From an uncultured virus (IMG/VR IMGVR_UViG_3300025641_000004) (taxonomy: Duplodnaviria; Heunggongvirae; Uroviricota; Caudoviricetes), in IMG/VR virus record IMGVR_UViG_3300025641_000004: a stretch of 64,000 bases of DNA. One strand, 5' to 3'. The notes beneath the pieces are model-generated. The model was not told the origin of the DNA. It saw nothing but the letters and a program-made list of their open reading frames with translations, and ran no database searches. Below are positions 39,245 to 50,200 of this stretch, piece after piece (the first letter of the stretch is position 1; every line of letters starts with the position of its first letter). Both the position numbers and the translations under genes were made by a program.

Positions 39245-41167
39245 ATGGCACAAGTAGGAGAACAACTAAAAGTTTCAGAATTAGATTTTGAAACTATTAA
39301 ACAAAACATTATTGATTATTTCAAAAATGGTGAGTCCGAATTGACTGACTGGGATTTTGAAAGTTCAAACATAAATAATCTGATTGATGTTTTAGCATAT
39401 AATACTCATTATAATGCGGTAACCGCTCACATGGCAGTTAATGAAAGCTTTATTGATAGTGCGCAAATACGATCAAGTATTGTTAGTTCTGCAAAACTTT
39501 TAGGATATGTTCCTCGTAGTTATAGTGCGCCAATTGCTATTCTTGACGGTAAATTTCAAGCAGAAGAAGACTCTCCGATTGAATATGTTATTCCAAAGGG
39601 TAGTATATTTTCATCTCAATTTAACCAAGAATCATTTAATTTTGTTGTTCTCGATGATATTATTCGTCTTGAAAAAATAGCAGATGACGGAAGTTTTTAT
39701 TATCAAACGACAGAGGATTCCCCGATTGTTGCAAGAGAAGGCAGCTTAATTTCAAGAACGTTTGCTGTAGATGCTAGTGACGATGGATCTAGGTATGAAA
39801 TTATAGATGAAGACGTCGATTTAAGTACTCTTATTGTTAGGGTTTATCCTACAACAAACAAAAGTGAAGGAAGCGCTGTTGTATTTAATCGTTATTCTAA
39901 TATTGGCGATGTAAATGAAGATTCTACAATTTACTTTATATTTGAAAATTCATTTGGAAGATATGAAATATATTTCGGTAATGGCGTTTTTGGTAAAAAC
40001 CTTACTTCTGGCCAGGTTATTGAAATTGAATATTTAACCACCCAGGGAACGGCGGCAAATGGTTTAAACTCTCCTTTTTCAGTTAACCAAATTAATGATA
40101 ATAATAGTCCTATTGGAAAACCAATTTCATTAGGTATTAAAGATAACGCTCGAGTCTTTGGTGGATCTGTTAAAGAATCAAATAATGAATTAAAGATTAA
40201 TTCAACCAATTCTTTTACTACTCAAAACAGAGCGGTTACTGCAGATGATTATCGAAGCTTAATTCTTTCTAAGTTTGGATATATTCAAAGCGCAAGTGTG
40301 TGGGGCGGTGAAGACAACATTCCTCCTCAATATGGTAAAATCTTCATTGCGCTTGATAGCTTTTCTAATAGCCAACAATATGAAAAGCTTAGTAATTTAA
40401 ATAAAAAAGAAATAGTAGATTATCTTAATACTAAAAAAATTCTATCTATTCAACCAGAAATTGTTGATGCAAAATATATTAATATTGTTCTTGATGTATT
40501 ATTTAAATATGATACAAACATTACGAGTTTAGTAACAAATGAAATGCAGGCCGTTGTTGAAAGAGAGGTATTAATACCTTATAACAATAATGTTTTAAAT
40601 AAGTTTGATACTATCTTTAGGTATTCTCAATTTGTTGGAGCAGTTGATAATGCGTCACGTGCTATTCTTAATACTCACGTTAGGGTATTTGTACAACAAA
40701 CAATTGATATTCCTGATGATAATAGCCAAAATGTATTTAATATTGAGTTTGGTGTTCCTTTAACCGTTGATGATGGAACCGTTTTAGTACAAACATCATC
40801 AGACATTCCATGGACTGAAAATGGAGAGCTCGTATTTTTAGGAGATGAAGCAAAAATAAACTCAACTCGTGAAAGAAATATATTTCTTTATAAGAGGGGC
40901 GAGCAAAATTCTATTACTAAGATTAGGGATGTTGGCGAATTAAATTTAGATACCGGTGTATTAAAGCTTCGTTCTATATTTGCAGATAATCCTGTTAAAT
41001 TAAAAATAATGGTGCATCCTAAATCTAATGATGTTGTTGGAACTAGAAACTTCCTTTTAAGGATTGATGAAACTTCAACGAGGATAATTGCAAATCCTGA
41101 TGAAATCGCTCGAGGCGGAGTTACTCAGTCAATTGATTATAAAGCATTCCCAAGAGAAAGAAGTTAA
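39245..41167 (+). CDS. gp6: Baseplate wedge subunit
   Basis: ELDFETIK, D.LAYNTHY, NE.F.DSAQ.RSS.VS.AK.LGY.P.S, FGNG..G, QNRAVTADDY, VWGGED..PP.YGK. Confidence 0.95.
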   Translation: MAQVGEQLKVSELDFETIKQNIIDYFKNGESELTDWDFESSNINNLIDVLAYNTHYNAVTAHMAVNESFIDSAQIRSSIVSSAKLLGYVPRSYSAPIAILDGKFQAEEDSPIEYVIPKGSIFSSQFNQESFNFVVLDDIIRLEKIADDGSFYYQTTEDSPIVAREGSLISRTFAVDASDDGSRYEIIDEDVDLSTLIVRVYPTTNKSEGSAVVFNRYSNIGDVNEDSTIYFIFENSFGRYEIYFGNGVFGKNLTSGQVIEIEYLTTQGTAANGLNSPFSVNQINDNNSPIGKPISLGIKDNARVFGGSVKESNNELKINSTNSFTTQNRAVTADDYRSLILSKFGYIQSASVWGGEDNIPPQYGKIFIALDSFSNSQQYEKLSNLNKKEIVDYLNTKKILSIQPEIVDAKYINIVLDVLFKYDTNITSLVTNEMQAVVEREVLIPYNNNVLNKFDTIFRYSQFVGAVDNASRAILNTHVRVFVQQTIDIPDDNSQNVFNIEFGVPLTVDDGTVLVQTSSDIPWTENGELVFLGDEAKINSTRERNIFLYKRGEQNSITKIRDVGELNLDTGVLKLRSIFADNPVKLKIMVHPKSNDVVGTRNFLLRIDETSTRIIANPDEIARGGVTQSIDYKAFPRERS

Positions 41168-41171
41168 TTAA

Positions 41172-44100
41172 ATGATTCAAAGCGTAGCTAGTGGTAATTC
41201 AAAGGCTGTAGAAAATTATTCTGCATCAGATGTTCTTCCTGACTTTTTTGAAAGTGAGTCTAAGAAACTTATAGTCTTAATTAAAGAATATTATAAACAT
41301 CTTAATACTGAACTAGGACCCTCCTTTGAAATTTCAAATTTAATATCATCTCATGATATTGATTTAGCAAGTGAAAAATATTTAGACGCAATTGAAAGAG
41401 TTATTGCTCCGAACATTCCGCAATCTGAAACATTAGATCGGCAAAGGCTTTTTAAAATAATTGCAAACTATTATACTAATCGAGGTAGTGAAGAAAGCGT
41501 TTATACATTCTTTAAAATATTCTATAATGAAGTTGTAACCTTAATATATCCAAAGGACTTTATTTTCGATACAAGTAATGATAAATCCGTATCATCTGAT
41601 AAATTTAAATTAAGAGACAGCTATAGATATCAAGAGTTTTCATACTTAATCAGTAGTAACCGAGATGCCGCAGAATGGAAAAGCGAATTTAAAAAATTCG
41701 TTCACCCAGCCGGATTAAAGTTTTTCACAGCATTAACAATTAGTGCAATTGGTGGAGATACTGCGTTGGAAACAATGTGGAATGACGGGTGTGGAGTATT
41801 AACAAAATATCTAAAAGATGGAGAACTGCCAGAAGATCCTTGCGATTTTTGGGAAAGTATTGATTGGGAAAAAGCGGTTGGCAAGCATAGTCCTTTATTC
41901 CAGCCATGTATTGATTTAAGACTGGTTTATGTATTTACTGTCTTATATAATAGTAACGTACATTACATTGAATATTTAAGAAACACGATTAATTCTAAAT
42001 GTTCTAAATATAACCTAAAAGCGATTTACGCATCATATGCAATATCGCTTTTAATTACGGACGAGCCTTATGGCCAAGTAAAGCGGTGGGATGATATTTA
42101 TAGAGGAATCGGTAAATACCTAGAGCATGGCGCGTATACCGATGGATATTCAGATTATACAATTGGTGGGACTGAATTAGAGTTTAATCCTGGGAGAACT
42201 GTTGAAAATAATAATACTAGATTTGCCGGTTGGAGTTATGATACATCGGTTGATGATTTTTCTCGTTCCTATACTTGTATTATTGATCCCAATGAAACTC
42301 CTATTGTTGATCTTAATGCTTGGGCTGATTATACAAATGAAGTGATTGATGCTGGAGATCGCAAAAAAATTACAATTGGTAATTCAATAGATACTTCTTT
42401 ATCTGTTATACATAATTTTAATACATATGATATCGTTCCTTTACTTAAGAATAATATTACAGGGGAACTTTCTGTTTATGCGCATACTGAGGTTACCGAT
42501 TTAAATACTGTTGTTTTTAATTTTGATTCAGCTCCAAATATTTCTGAATATAGCGCTTATATTTTTAAAGTTGATATAACAGAATTTACTAATGGTTACG
42601 TTGAAAGTTTTGAAGGTAGTGACACTATTGAAACCGACATTAATGGCACTTCATATTGGATTAAAGATATAAGTCATAACCTTTCGCATGATAAGTTACT
42701 TTTCTCTGTTAGAGACTTAGAAACTAACGAATTTGTTTTACCTAATGCCACTTATATTAATAATGATATATTAAGACTAACGTTTGCTGAAGAACCGGCG
42801 GCGTCTCCTGGTGGGTATTATGTTACAATATATTATAACGAAGAAAGTAACGATTTTTCTAGCCGTATTGGTAATGGCATTGATACCGAAATAATAGTTG
42901 ATCATGGAATTGGTTATGCAGATGTTGCTTTTGCTCTAAAAGAAATCTCAACCGGTGACGCTGTTCAATTTGTATATGCCGAAGTTATAGATGACAATAA
43001 TATTAAATTAGAATTTAATACTCCACCTTCTTCAGAGCAATATGAAATTTATATTAAGCAAGCAAGCTCGTCTGGAATTTTAGAAAACTTTCTTTCATTT
43101 AAACTTGGAGATGGGCTTAATAGTGTCTTACCAATTACTCATAATTTAGGCACAACGAATGTTATACCAATTATTCATAATGTTATAACCGGTGAATTAA
43201 ATGATATTGTTCAATGGGAAGTTTTTAATGAAAATATAATTTCATTTATATTTTCGGAGGTTCCACAAGAAAATGAGTATTATGTTACTATTTTTAAAGC
43301 CATTAATAATAACCAACCAGTTAATAATGGATTCACTGAAATATTTGATGGAGATGACACTATAATAAGTGGAAATGATTATGTATTAATAGAAGATATT
43401 AATAATCCATCAGATGGCAGTTATGGTTCAGTTTCATATGATTATGAAATAGCAAAATATGAAATTAAAATATCAGATATTGAATTATGGTGGGATGCAC
43501 CATTGCCTATTTCAGGAGATCCTGATAGTTCACCTTTAGGTTTTAGTTTTAATCAATTTTCAAGATTTATTAATTGGTTAAATGTAAGATATGGTTATCA
43601 TGAAGCATATAACTTTACAACTTCAAATGATAACGACCCTATTGAATTATGGCCTTTAGCAGATTCATGGTCTGCTAGTAATCGGTTTAGGCATAAAGAC
43701 GCAAGATATTTCATACCAAGCGAAGATGAATGGTATAAAGCTGCTTATTATGATCCTAATAAAAACGGAGAAGGTTTGGGCGGATATTATGAATATCCAA
43801 CAGGAAGCGATACGCCACCAACTGCGGTTGCAAGTGGAACCGATGAAGGAACCGCAGTATTTGACCAAGATCCAATCAATGATACGGTGGCATCTGTTTA
43901 TGAAGCAGGTGGATTAAGTTCATATGGTACTATGGGTCAGGGTGGTAATGCTTATGAATTTATTGAAGATGCCGCTAACTCAACGATAGATCTTTTAGAA
44001 GAGTTAACGTTTGTAACTATTGGCGATGAGGGTAACGCCGCTGATACCACCGGCTATGGTGATGTATCATATGCATATGATATCAGTAAGTTTGAAATTA

Positions 44101-45542
44101 CTGAAGGTAACATTGCTGAATATAATGCAGACCCCGCAAATAATCTTCAACCGATTACACTTACCTCACCTCTTCGTGGCGCTAATAAACCAGCTACAGA
44201 CATAACTTGGAACGAATGTGCTCGTTATGTTAACTGGCTTAACGAAAGAGAGGGTATACAGCCAGCATATAATTTTACTGCACCTGGCAGTTCTACAAAT
44301 ATTGAGGTTTGGACTTCTGGCGAAGCGTGGCAAACCGACGGCGAAAATCTATTCAGACATAAAGACGCAAAATACTTTATACCGAACGAAAATGAGTGGT
44401 ATAAAGCCGCTTATTATAAGAGTGGCGGTACTAACGCTGGTTATTGGTTATATCCAACAGGCAGTGATAGTGCTCCAACAGCTGTAACATCTGGAACTGT
44501 TGATGATACCGCGGTATTTGTCGGTGCCGGTGTAACACCTTTAAGCCCAGCTGATGTCACAGAGGCTGGTGGGCTCAGTCCTTATGGTACAATGGGACAA
44601 GGTGGTAATGTATACGAACATACGGAGAATACTTTTGATGGCGCTAACGATAACGTGCTTGCTAATCGGGTATACCGCGGCGGTAGCTTTGGTTTATTTG
44701 CAAGCAACTTGACAAATCCCGAGCGTGAGTTTGCCGGTGCAAATATCGGGAGCCCGTCGAAAGGTCTTCGTGTCGCAAAAGTAAATCCTGAAGCAAATAG
44801 AGTCATCCGCGGTGGATCATGGGGATATGATGTATCTAACTTAAGTAAATCAACTAGATTTCAACAAGCGCCACAACTTTTTGGCACTAATTCAACATTA
44901 AGATTGGCTCGTAATCCAAGCGCAATTAAAATTAATTCAGGAACTGCGATTGAGCCAGCAGATAATAGTATTTGGACATATAACGTTAACCATAATCTTA
45001 ATAATGAAAATGTTATTTTTGCCGTTAGCGAATTAATCGCTAAACAAAATATAATGGTAAGCGGCCGAACGGTTGATTCAAATAATTTAGAACTATCGTT
45101 TAATGAAAAACCAGAGTTATCTCCAGATTCTTTAAAGGTTTCAGTATTTTATGATGCTGAGCCAAGTGATAGAATATTTAATATTGGCGATGGAATTAAT
45201 AATGAAATTGAAATTAACCACAACATTGGATCTTCAAACATTATGTATACTGCCAGAGAGATATCAACAGGCGACCTTATTTATGTTCAAGGGAAAGCAA
45301 TAGATAATAATACACTAAAATTGTTTTTTGACGAAATTCCATCAACAGCACAATATCAAATATATATTAAAAATATAGAATATATAAAAGATATTGTTGA
45401 ATATGGAAGCGCTTTAGACGACTTAAATGCTAACGATGTCTTCATATCAGATTCAGATTATCTCAATTCATTAGTTTATTTTGAACCAGGTCCTGCCTCA
45501 GAATTAATTTGTTGGTATGCAACTGAAAGTAATTCAAATTAA
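41172..45542 (+). CDS. gp7: gp7-like baseplate wedge protein with six HNL beta repeats and two nested FGE-sulfatase/C-lectin-fold domains
   Basis: LPDF, YY..RGS..S...FFKIFY, DSYRYQEFSY, HPAG.K.F; FGE motifs PSEDEWYKAAYY, YGTMGQGGN.YE, RGGSW. Confidence 0.8.
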   Translation: MIQSVASGNSKAVENYSASDVLPDFFESESKKLIVLIKEYYKHLNTELGPSFEISNLISSHDIDLASEKYLDAIERVIAPNIPQSETLDRQRLFKIIANYYTNRGSEESVYTFFKIFYNEVVTLIYPKDFIFDTSNDKSVSSDKFKLRDSYRYQEFSYLISSNRDAAEWKSEFKKFVHPAGLKFFTALTISAIGGDTALETMWNDGCGVLTKYLKDGELPEDPCDFWESIDWEKAVGKHSPLFQPCIDLRLVYVFTVLYNSNVHYIEYLRNTINSKCSKYNLKAIYASYAISLLITDEPYGQVKRWDDIYRGIGKYLEHGAYTDGYSDYTIGGTELEFNPGRTVENNNTRFAGWSYDTSVDDFSRSYTCIIDPNETPIVDLNAWADYTNEVIDAGDRKKITIGNSIDTSLSVIHNFNTYDIVPLLKNNITGELSVYAHTEVTDLNTVVFNFDSAPNISEYSAYIFKVDITEFTNGYVESFEGSDTIETDINGTSYWIKDISHNLSHDKLLFSVRDLETNEFVLPNATYINNDILRLTFAEEPAASPGGYYVTIYYNEESNDFSSRIGNGIDTEIIVDHGIGYADVAFALKEISTGDAVQFVYAEVIDDNNIKLEFNTPPSSEQYEIYIKQASSSGILENFLSFKLGDGLNSVLPITHNLGTTNVIPIIHNVITGELNDIVQWEVFNENIISFIFSEVPQENEYYVTIFKAINNNQPVNNGFTEIFDGDDTIISGNDYVLIEDINNPSDGSYGSVSYDYEIAKYEIKISDIELWWDAPLPISGDPDSSPLGFSFNQFSRFINWLNVRYGYHEAYNFTTSNDNDPIELWPLADSWSASNRFRHKDARYFIPSEDEWYKAAYYDPNKNGEGLGGYYEYPTGSDTPPTAVASGTDEGTAVFDQDPINDTVASVYEAGGLSSYGTMGQGGNAYEFIEDAANSTIDLLEELTFVTIGDEGNAADTTGYGDVSYAYDISKFEITEGNIAEYNADPANNLQPITLTSPLRGANKPATDITWNECARYVNWLNEREGIQPAYNFTAPGSSTNIEVWTSGEAWQTDGENLFRHKDAKYFIPNENEWYKAAYYKSGGTNAGYWLYPTGSDSAPTAVTSGTVDDTAVFVGAGVTPLSPADVTEAGGLSPYGTMGQGGNVYEHTENTFDGANDNVLANRVYRGGSFGLFASNLTNPEREFAGANIGSPSKGLRVAKVNPEANRVIRGGSWGYDVSNLSKSTRFQQAPQLFGTNSTLRLARNPSAIKINSGTAIEPADNSIWTYNVNHNLNNENVIFAVSELIAKQNIMVSGRTVDSNNLELSFNEKPELSPDSLKVSVFYDAEPSDRIFNIGDGINNEIEINHNIGSSNIMYTAREISTGDLIYVQGKAIDNNTLKLFFDEIPSTAQYQIYIKNIEYIKDIVEYGSALDDLNANDVFISDSDYLNSLVYFEPGPASELICWYATESNSN

Positions 45543-45581
45543 TGAATAAAAAAATAAATATTAAAAGTATAAATATAAACA

Positions 45582-47231
45582 ATGGCCGCAATTATTACAG
45601 AACAATTTAGAAAGAATACGAAAAAACTTTTTTCGGACGATTTTGCAACCAATAATTATTATATAGGTATTGGTCAACAAGATCCATGGGATGACGTTTT
45701 TTCCAGTAACGACGCATCACCGTTTCCAAACGGTACATTCGGAGATGAAAGACGAACTCTTGAGCATCTTACCGGATTATTTAAAATAACAAGTAATAAT
45801 ATCACTAATGTTATTCCTAAAAATCCATATGATGTATTATCTTCGTATAAAGTTTATGATCCATTTGACCCAAGTTGTTTTTATGGTTGTCCTGACACAG
45901 GGTTAAAGCCGTGTTATATTACAGTTGGTGATGATAAACTATTTTTATGTATTGGTAAAACAAGTGACGCGACCGTTGCCGGTTCCTTTGCGCCGGTCGC
46001 GGCCGAAGAGGTTAATAATTATGGATTATATACAAGTGGTGAAGGAGAATATGATTGGACTTACCTAGGAAAATATAACCAGTTTTCATCAATTAATACA
46101 AGTTCGTTCATTGCAGTTACGGATGACCAACTACCAACCATATCTTCAACGACATCTTCTGATATTACTGCTGGAGCCGTTTATGGTTTTAAAGTTATTA
46201 ATGGAGGTAATATTTATCGCCACCCTTCTTTATTGAACGAAAGTACGAGTAATGATTATACTGGTACTTTGGTTGGATTAGATCTTAACGGTAATCCTAA
46301 AGAAATTACAGTTTCATTAGAAATTACGATTGATTCGGGTGATCTTTCAGCAGATCCTGTCAATGATACTGCTAAAATTGTTAGTGTAAAATATTATAAA
46401 GAAGATAATAATTTTCCATATGAAATTGATTACGCAGACGGTGGTGCTGGAGTAGTAAGCCAAGAAATTGCCGCATGGGGCTTTAGTAAAGCCAAGCTTG
46501 TCTTAGATCCTCTTTTAGTTAATGAAACAAATCCAGGCGATGCCGATAATATATTACAACTTGAAAGTGACGTGCGGCCTGCTGTTAGTGAAAGACAAGA
46601 GGCTGTTATAATTCCTCTTATTGCTCCTTTAACTGGATTCGGTGGAATTAAAAGCGAAACTCTGCCAAGCTGGTATGTTGGATTATTTGCAGACACCAGT
46701 CTTGCGCCGTTTGTTCCTAATAATACAAAGTATCATCAAATCTCTTTGGTTAAAAATCCGTTGTCATCAACAGCAGGTAATCCTATACTTAACGACGACT
46801 TTGTTACGCCAATGCGGTTTTTCCAATTAGAAGGTGAAGGTGATCCAGTTCAACAAATAATCCCATCAATTGATAATATTGAAATTGGGCCAGGTTGGAA
46901 GATTTGGCAAAATGGAAAACAATGCGGCGTAATTGCTTATATTCAGACTGTCGATTCTAATACCACTCAATCACCATTATCGTATTTTTCATATTATTAT
47001 TATACAGATCATAAATTCGGATATACCGATATAGATCCTCTAGGAGAGCAACTAACATTTCAGTCTCCAGATAGTCAAGTCGTTGGCCAATATACAGGAA
47101 CCACTATTAAGGAACTCTTTGAGCCTTCATATGAAAGAGACTCAGGTAGTGTATTATTTTTGGATAACCGAAGTGGCATTCAAAGAGAAGAAGGCCAAAA
47201 CGAAGAATTAAAACTAATTATACAATTATAA
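45582..47231 (+). CDS. gp8: Baseplate wedge subunit
   Basis: MAAIITEQFR, YYIGIG...W, Y.W.YL, Y.QI.LVKNP, SG.VLFLDNR..I.R...Q.EELK.IIQ. Confidence 0.85.
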   Translation: MAAIITEQFRKNTKKLFSDDFATNNYYIGIGQQDPWDDVFSSNDASPFPNGTFGDERRTLEHLTGLFKITSNNITNVIPKNPYDVLSSYKVYDPFDPSCFYGCPDTGLKPCYITVGDDKLFLCIGKTSDATVAGSFAPVAAEEVNNYGLYTSGEGEYDWTYLGKYNQFSSINTSSFIAVTDDQLPTISSTTSSDITAGAVYGFKVINGGNIYRHPSLLNESTSNDYTGTLVGLDLNGNPKEITVSLEITIDSGDLSADPVNDTAKIVSVKYYKEDNNFPYEIDYADGGAGVVSQEIAAWGFSKAKLVLDPLLVNETNPGDADNILQLESDVRPAVSERQEAVIIPLIAPLTGFGGIKSETLPSWYVGLFADTSLAPFVPNNTKYHQISLVKNPLSSTAGNPILNDDFVTPMRFFQLEGEGDPVQQIIPSIDNIEIGPGWKIWQNGKQCGVIAYIQTVDSNTTQSPLSYFSYYYYTDHKFGYTDIDPLGEQLTFQSPDSQVVGQYTGTTIKELFEPSYERDSGSVLFLDNRSGIQREEGQNEELKLIIQL

Positions 47232-47232
47232 A

Positions 47233-50200
47233 ATGTCAATTACAATATATCCGGAAAATTATTATGACGACTTTAATACACCTGATGCTAATGGATTAAC
47301 GCCTGAAGATAAAAATTATTTAAGAATTTTATTTAAGCCAGGCCAAAGTGTTCAAGCTAGGGAATTAAATCAGGCACAATCAATTTTGCAAAGCCAGGTT
47401 GATAAACTTGGCCAGGGTTTGTTTCAATCTAATTCTCCTATTGTAGGAGGAGGCGCTTCATTTGATGATACTTTACGTTATATCGATGTAGAAGTACCTA
47501 GTGATTTTGTATCGACATTTGAATTATGGTCAACTGATTTAGCTAATATAGAATTACAACAGATTAATACTACGCTTACTGCTAGTATAAACAAAGTTGA
47601 TATTTTAGAAGCTAATGAAGAATCAGAAAACCCTAGTAAAACATATAGGCTTTTTATTCATTATACTGCCGACACTGTTAGCGAAGATGATACAAACCTC
47701 GGTGAATTTAGTGCGACTGATATTACAATTGAAAATAAAGAAATTGATACATCCTTTATTGCTGGAGTTATTAAGCAAGGTTTAGCAGTTGGCGCAAGTA
47801 TCAGTAATGGTATATTTTTCATAAAGGGAAATTGTGTTCCTGTTAAAGAACAAATTACAGCGATTGCATTAGATGACGATGAATTTGTATATTCCGGCTA
47901 TCTTATATTAACTGTAAGAGAAGATACCGTTAATTATAATGATGACCAAACTCTTCTTGATAACTCAAATGGGTTTCCTAACTATGCAGCGCCTGGCGCA
48001 GATCGTTATCAAATTTCACTTAATCTAGCTCTCGTTAAAGACGAAACTCTGGATCTATCTAATATTGTTATACTTGAAATTCAAGATTCTAATATTATTT
48101 TAGAAACAAAAGTTGAAAATAATGAAAGCCCGCTAAACGATATTTTTGCAACAAGAACATCAGAGGAATCTGGTGATTATGTTTTAGATCCATTTAGTTT
48201 AGAAGTTCGCGATATTTGGGGTGGAGATGGCGAAGATGGAAATCCTGTAGGTAGATTTAATGGATTATACAAATCATTACAAGATTTAAACGAAGCTGGA
48301 TATCAAAGTGTTACTGATTCTAACGATGATTATGCTGTTACTATTCAACCGTCAACTGCTTATGTTAAAGGTTATAGAGTAGATCTACCTGAGCAGATTT
48401 CTCTTTTTGCAAGTCGTGCGCGTGAGTCATATATAGATAAAAATAATGGCGAGTTATTAAAAACTGCGATCACTGCAGATTTAGGAACATATGTTGAAGG
48501 TTACATCGATGATACATCCTTTGGTTTACCTGCACTTGATTATGCAAATGTTCAAACTTATACTATGTGGTCAACTGAAGATGTTAACGACTTTGTTAAT
48601 GATGTAGGTACATGTAGAATATCAACTGTTGAGGTACTTGGTGAAAACGCCGATGGCAAAGTAAGAGCTAGACTATATCTTACCGACATTGCTCGTTCTA
48701 ATAATACCAGTCGACCATATAAAGATGTTAAACGAATCGCAGTAGCAAGTAATGTAGGGTTAACTGATATAGGAACTATGGACTTTATCGTTGAACCAAA
48801 AAACGGTAAGCGCATACATGATACAAATATTAGTTCATCATTCTTAAATCTTCCATATCAAACTGTTAAAACAGTGAGTTCTTTAAAAGGAACAGAAAAA
48901 AGAATTTTAAATGGCACAGCTCAACTTGACCCAGCTGATAATAAAGTAAAAGTAACATTTACAGCTGAAGATAATGGATTTATCGATAAGAGTAAATCCA
49001 ATATGGTTGTAATGGTTGATAATGGAAACAACGTTACATATCAACATGTGCCAAACGCCGATTTTGAAATTATCGGATTGGGAACCGGTTCAGCCGATAT
49101 TATAACTATTGATTTAACAGACTTTGATAGCGGCTCTGCTAATACTAAAGAGGTTAGATTATTAGCAAGTGTTGAAACAAATATTTCTGAAAGGCTAGGA
49201 AAGAAAGTTAAAACTTCAGTTACTAATTTAGATGTAACTGCTAAAATTCCAGTCACCAACCCAGTTAGAGATCCTCTTGAGTTTAAAGTAGGAGACAGAA
49301 TAACATTGGATGGTGTTTACCATTTGATTAGTGTTGATACAACTGAATGGGAACTAGTTAACGACGGCCAAAGGAAGAACAGTTATAAGGAAGCAAAAGT
49401 TCGTTGTTTAAAAGATGGAGCAACAACAATTTCATATACTCATTGGGATTTTGTTGGCAGTGGAAATTTTTATACTGTTAACAGTTATAAGTATGCAGAT
49501 GATTCACAGGTTCCTTTAGAAGAGATTCCTATTTTCCAACAAACAGGCTTACACGATGTAATAGACCTTAGGTATGTTGAAACATCAAATGGTAGGTTCT
49601 CTTTAGATCCTTATAGTACCGTTGAAATGGAACTAGATTTTTATCTAGCTCGTAAAGATTTAATAACTGTTAGTTCAAATGGTATTTTCTCTATCTTAAA
49701 AGGTGAAGCTGATTTGAAACCAAAGTTTCCATCAGTTCCTGATGACTCGATGATTCTATTCAACTTAACACTATTTCCTTATACGTTTACTTTAGGCGGC
49801 ATAATTAAAGATCGTGTAAATAATAGAAGATACACGATGCGTGATATTGGGCAACTTGATTCTAGAATTTCTAATGTTGAATATTATACTGCTCTTTCTC
49901 TTTTAGAAAAATCAGCAAAAGATAAAGGCGTCTATGGAACTGACGGCGAAGAAAGATTTAAAAACGGATTTATCGTTGATGGATTTAGAGGCCACACCGT
50001 AGGTAATATTTCAGAAAAATATTATAAGTGTTCGGTTAAAAGAGGGGAAGGTAAACTTTACCCATACCACTTTGGTTCCAACTTACCATTTGATATTGTT
50101 GACGAATCTGAAATTGGTACAGATTCAGAATTTAATAAGACATGTTCAACCGGCCGCGTTATTGGTTTCCCATATAAAGAAACTAATTATGTAAACCAAA

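Noticed and set aside
43992..44783. Intein or intron explaining the in-frame insertion
   Set aside because: No Cys/Ser start or His-Asn end and no endonuclease motifs; the insert is itself an FGE domain
44660..44915. Diversity-generating retroelement targeting the FGE/C-lectin C-termini
   Set aside because: No reverse transcriptase or adenine-variant template repeat seen in this window, and the domains are internal; cannot be excluded for the rest of the genome
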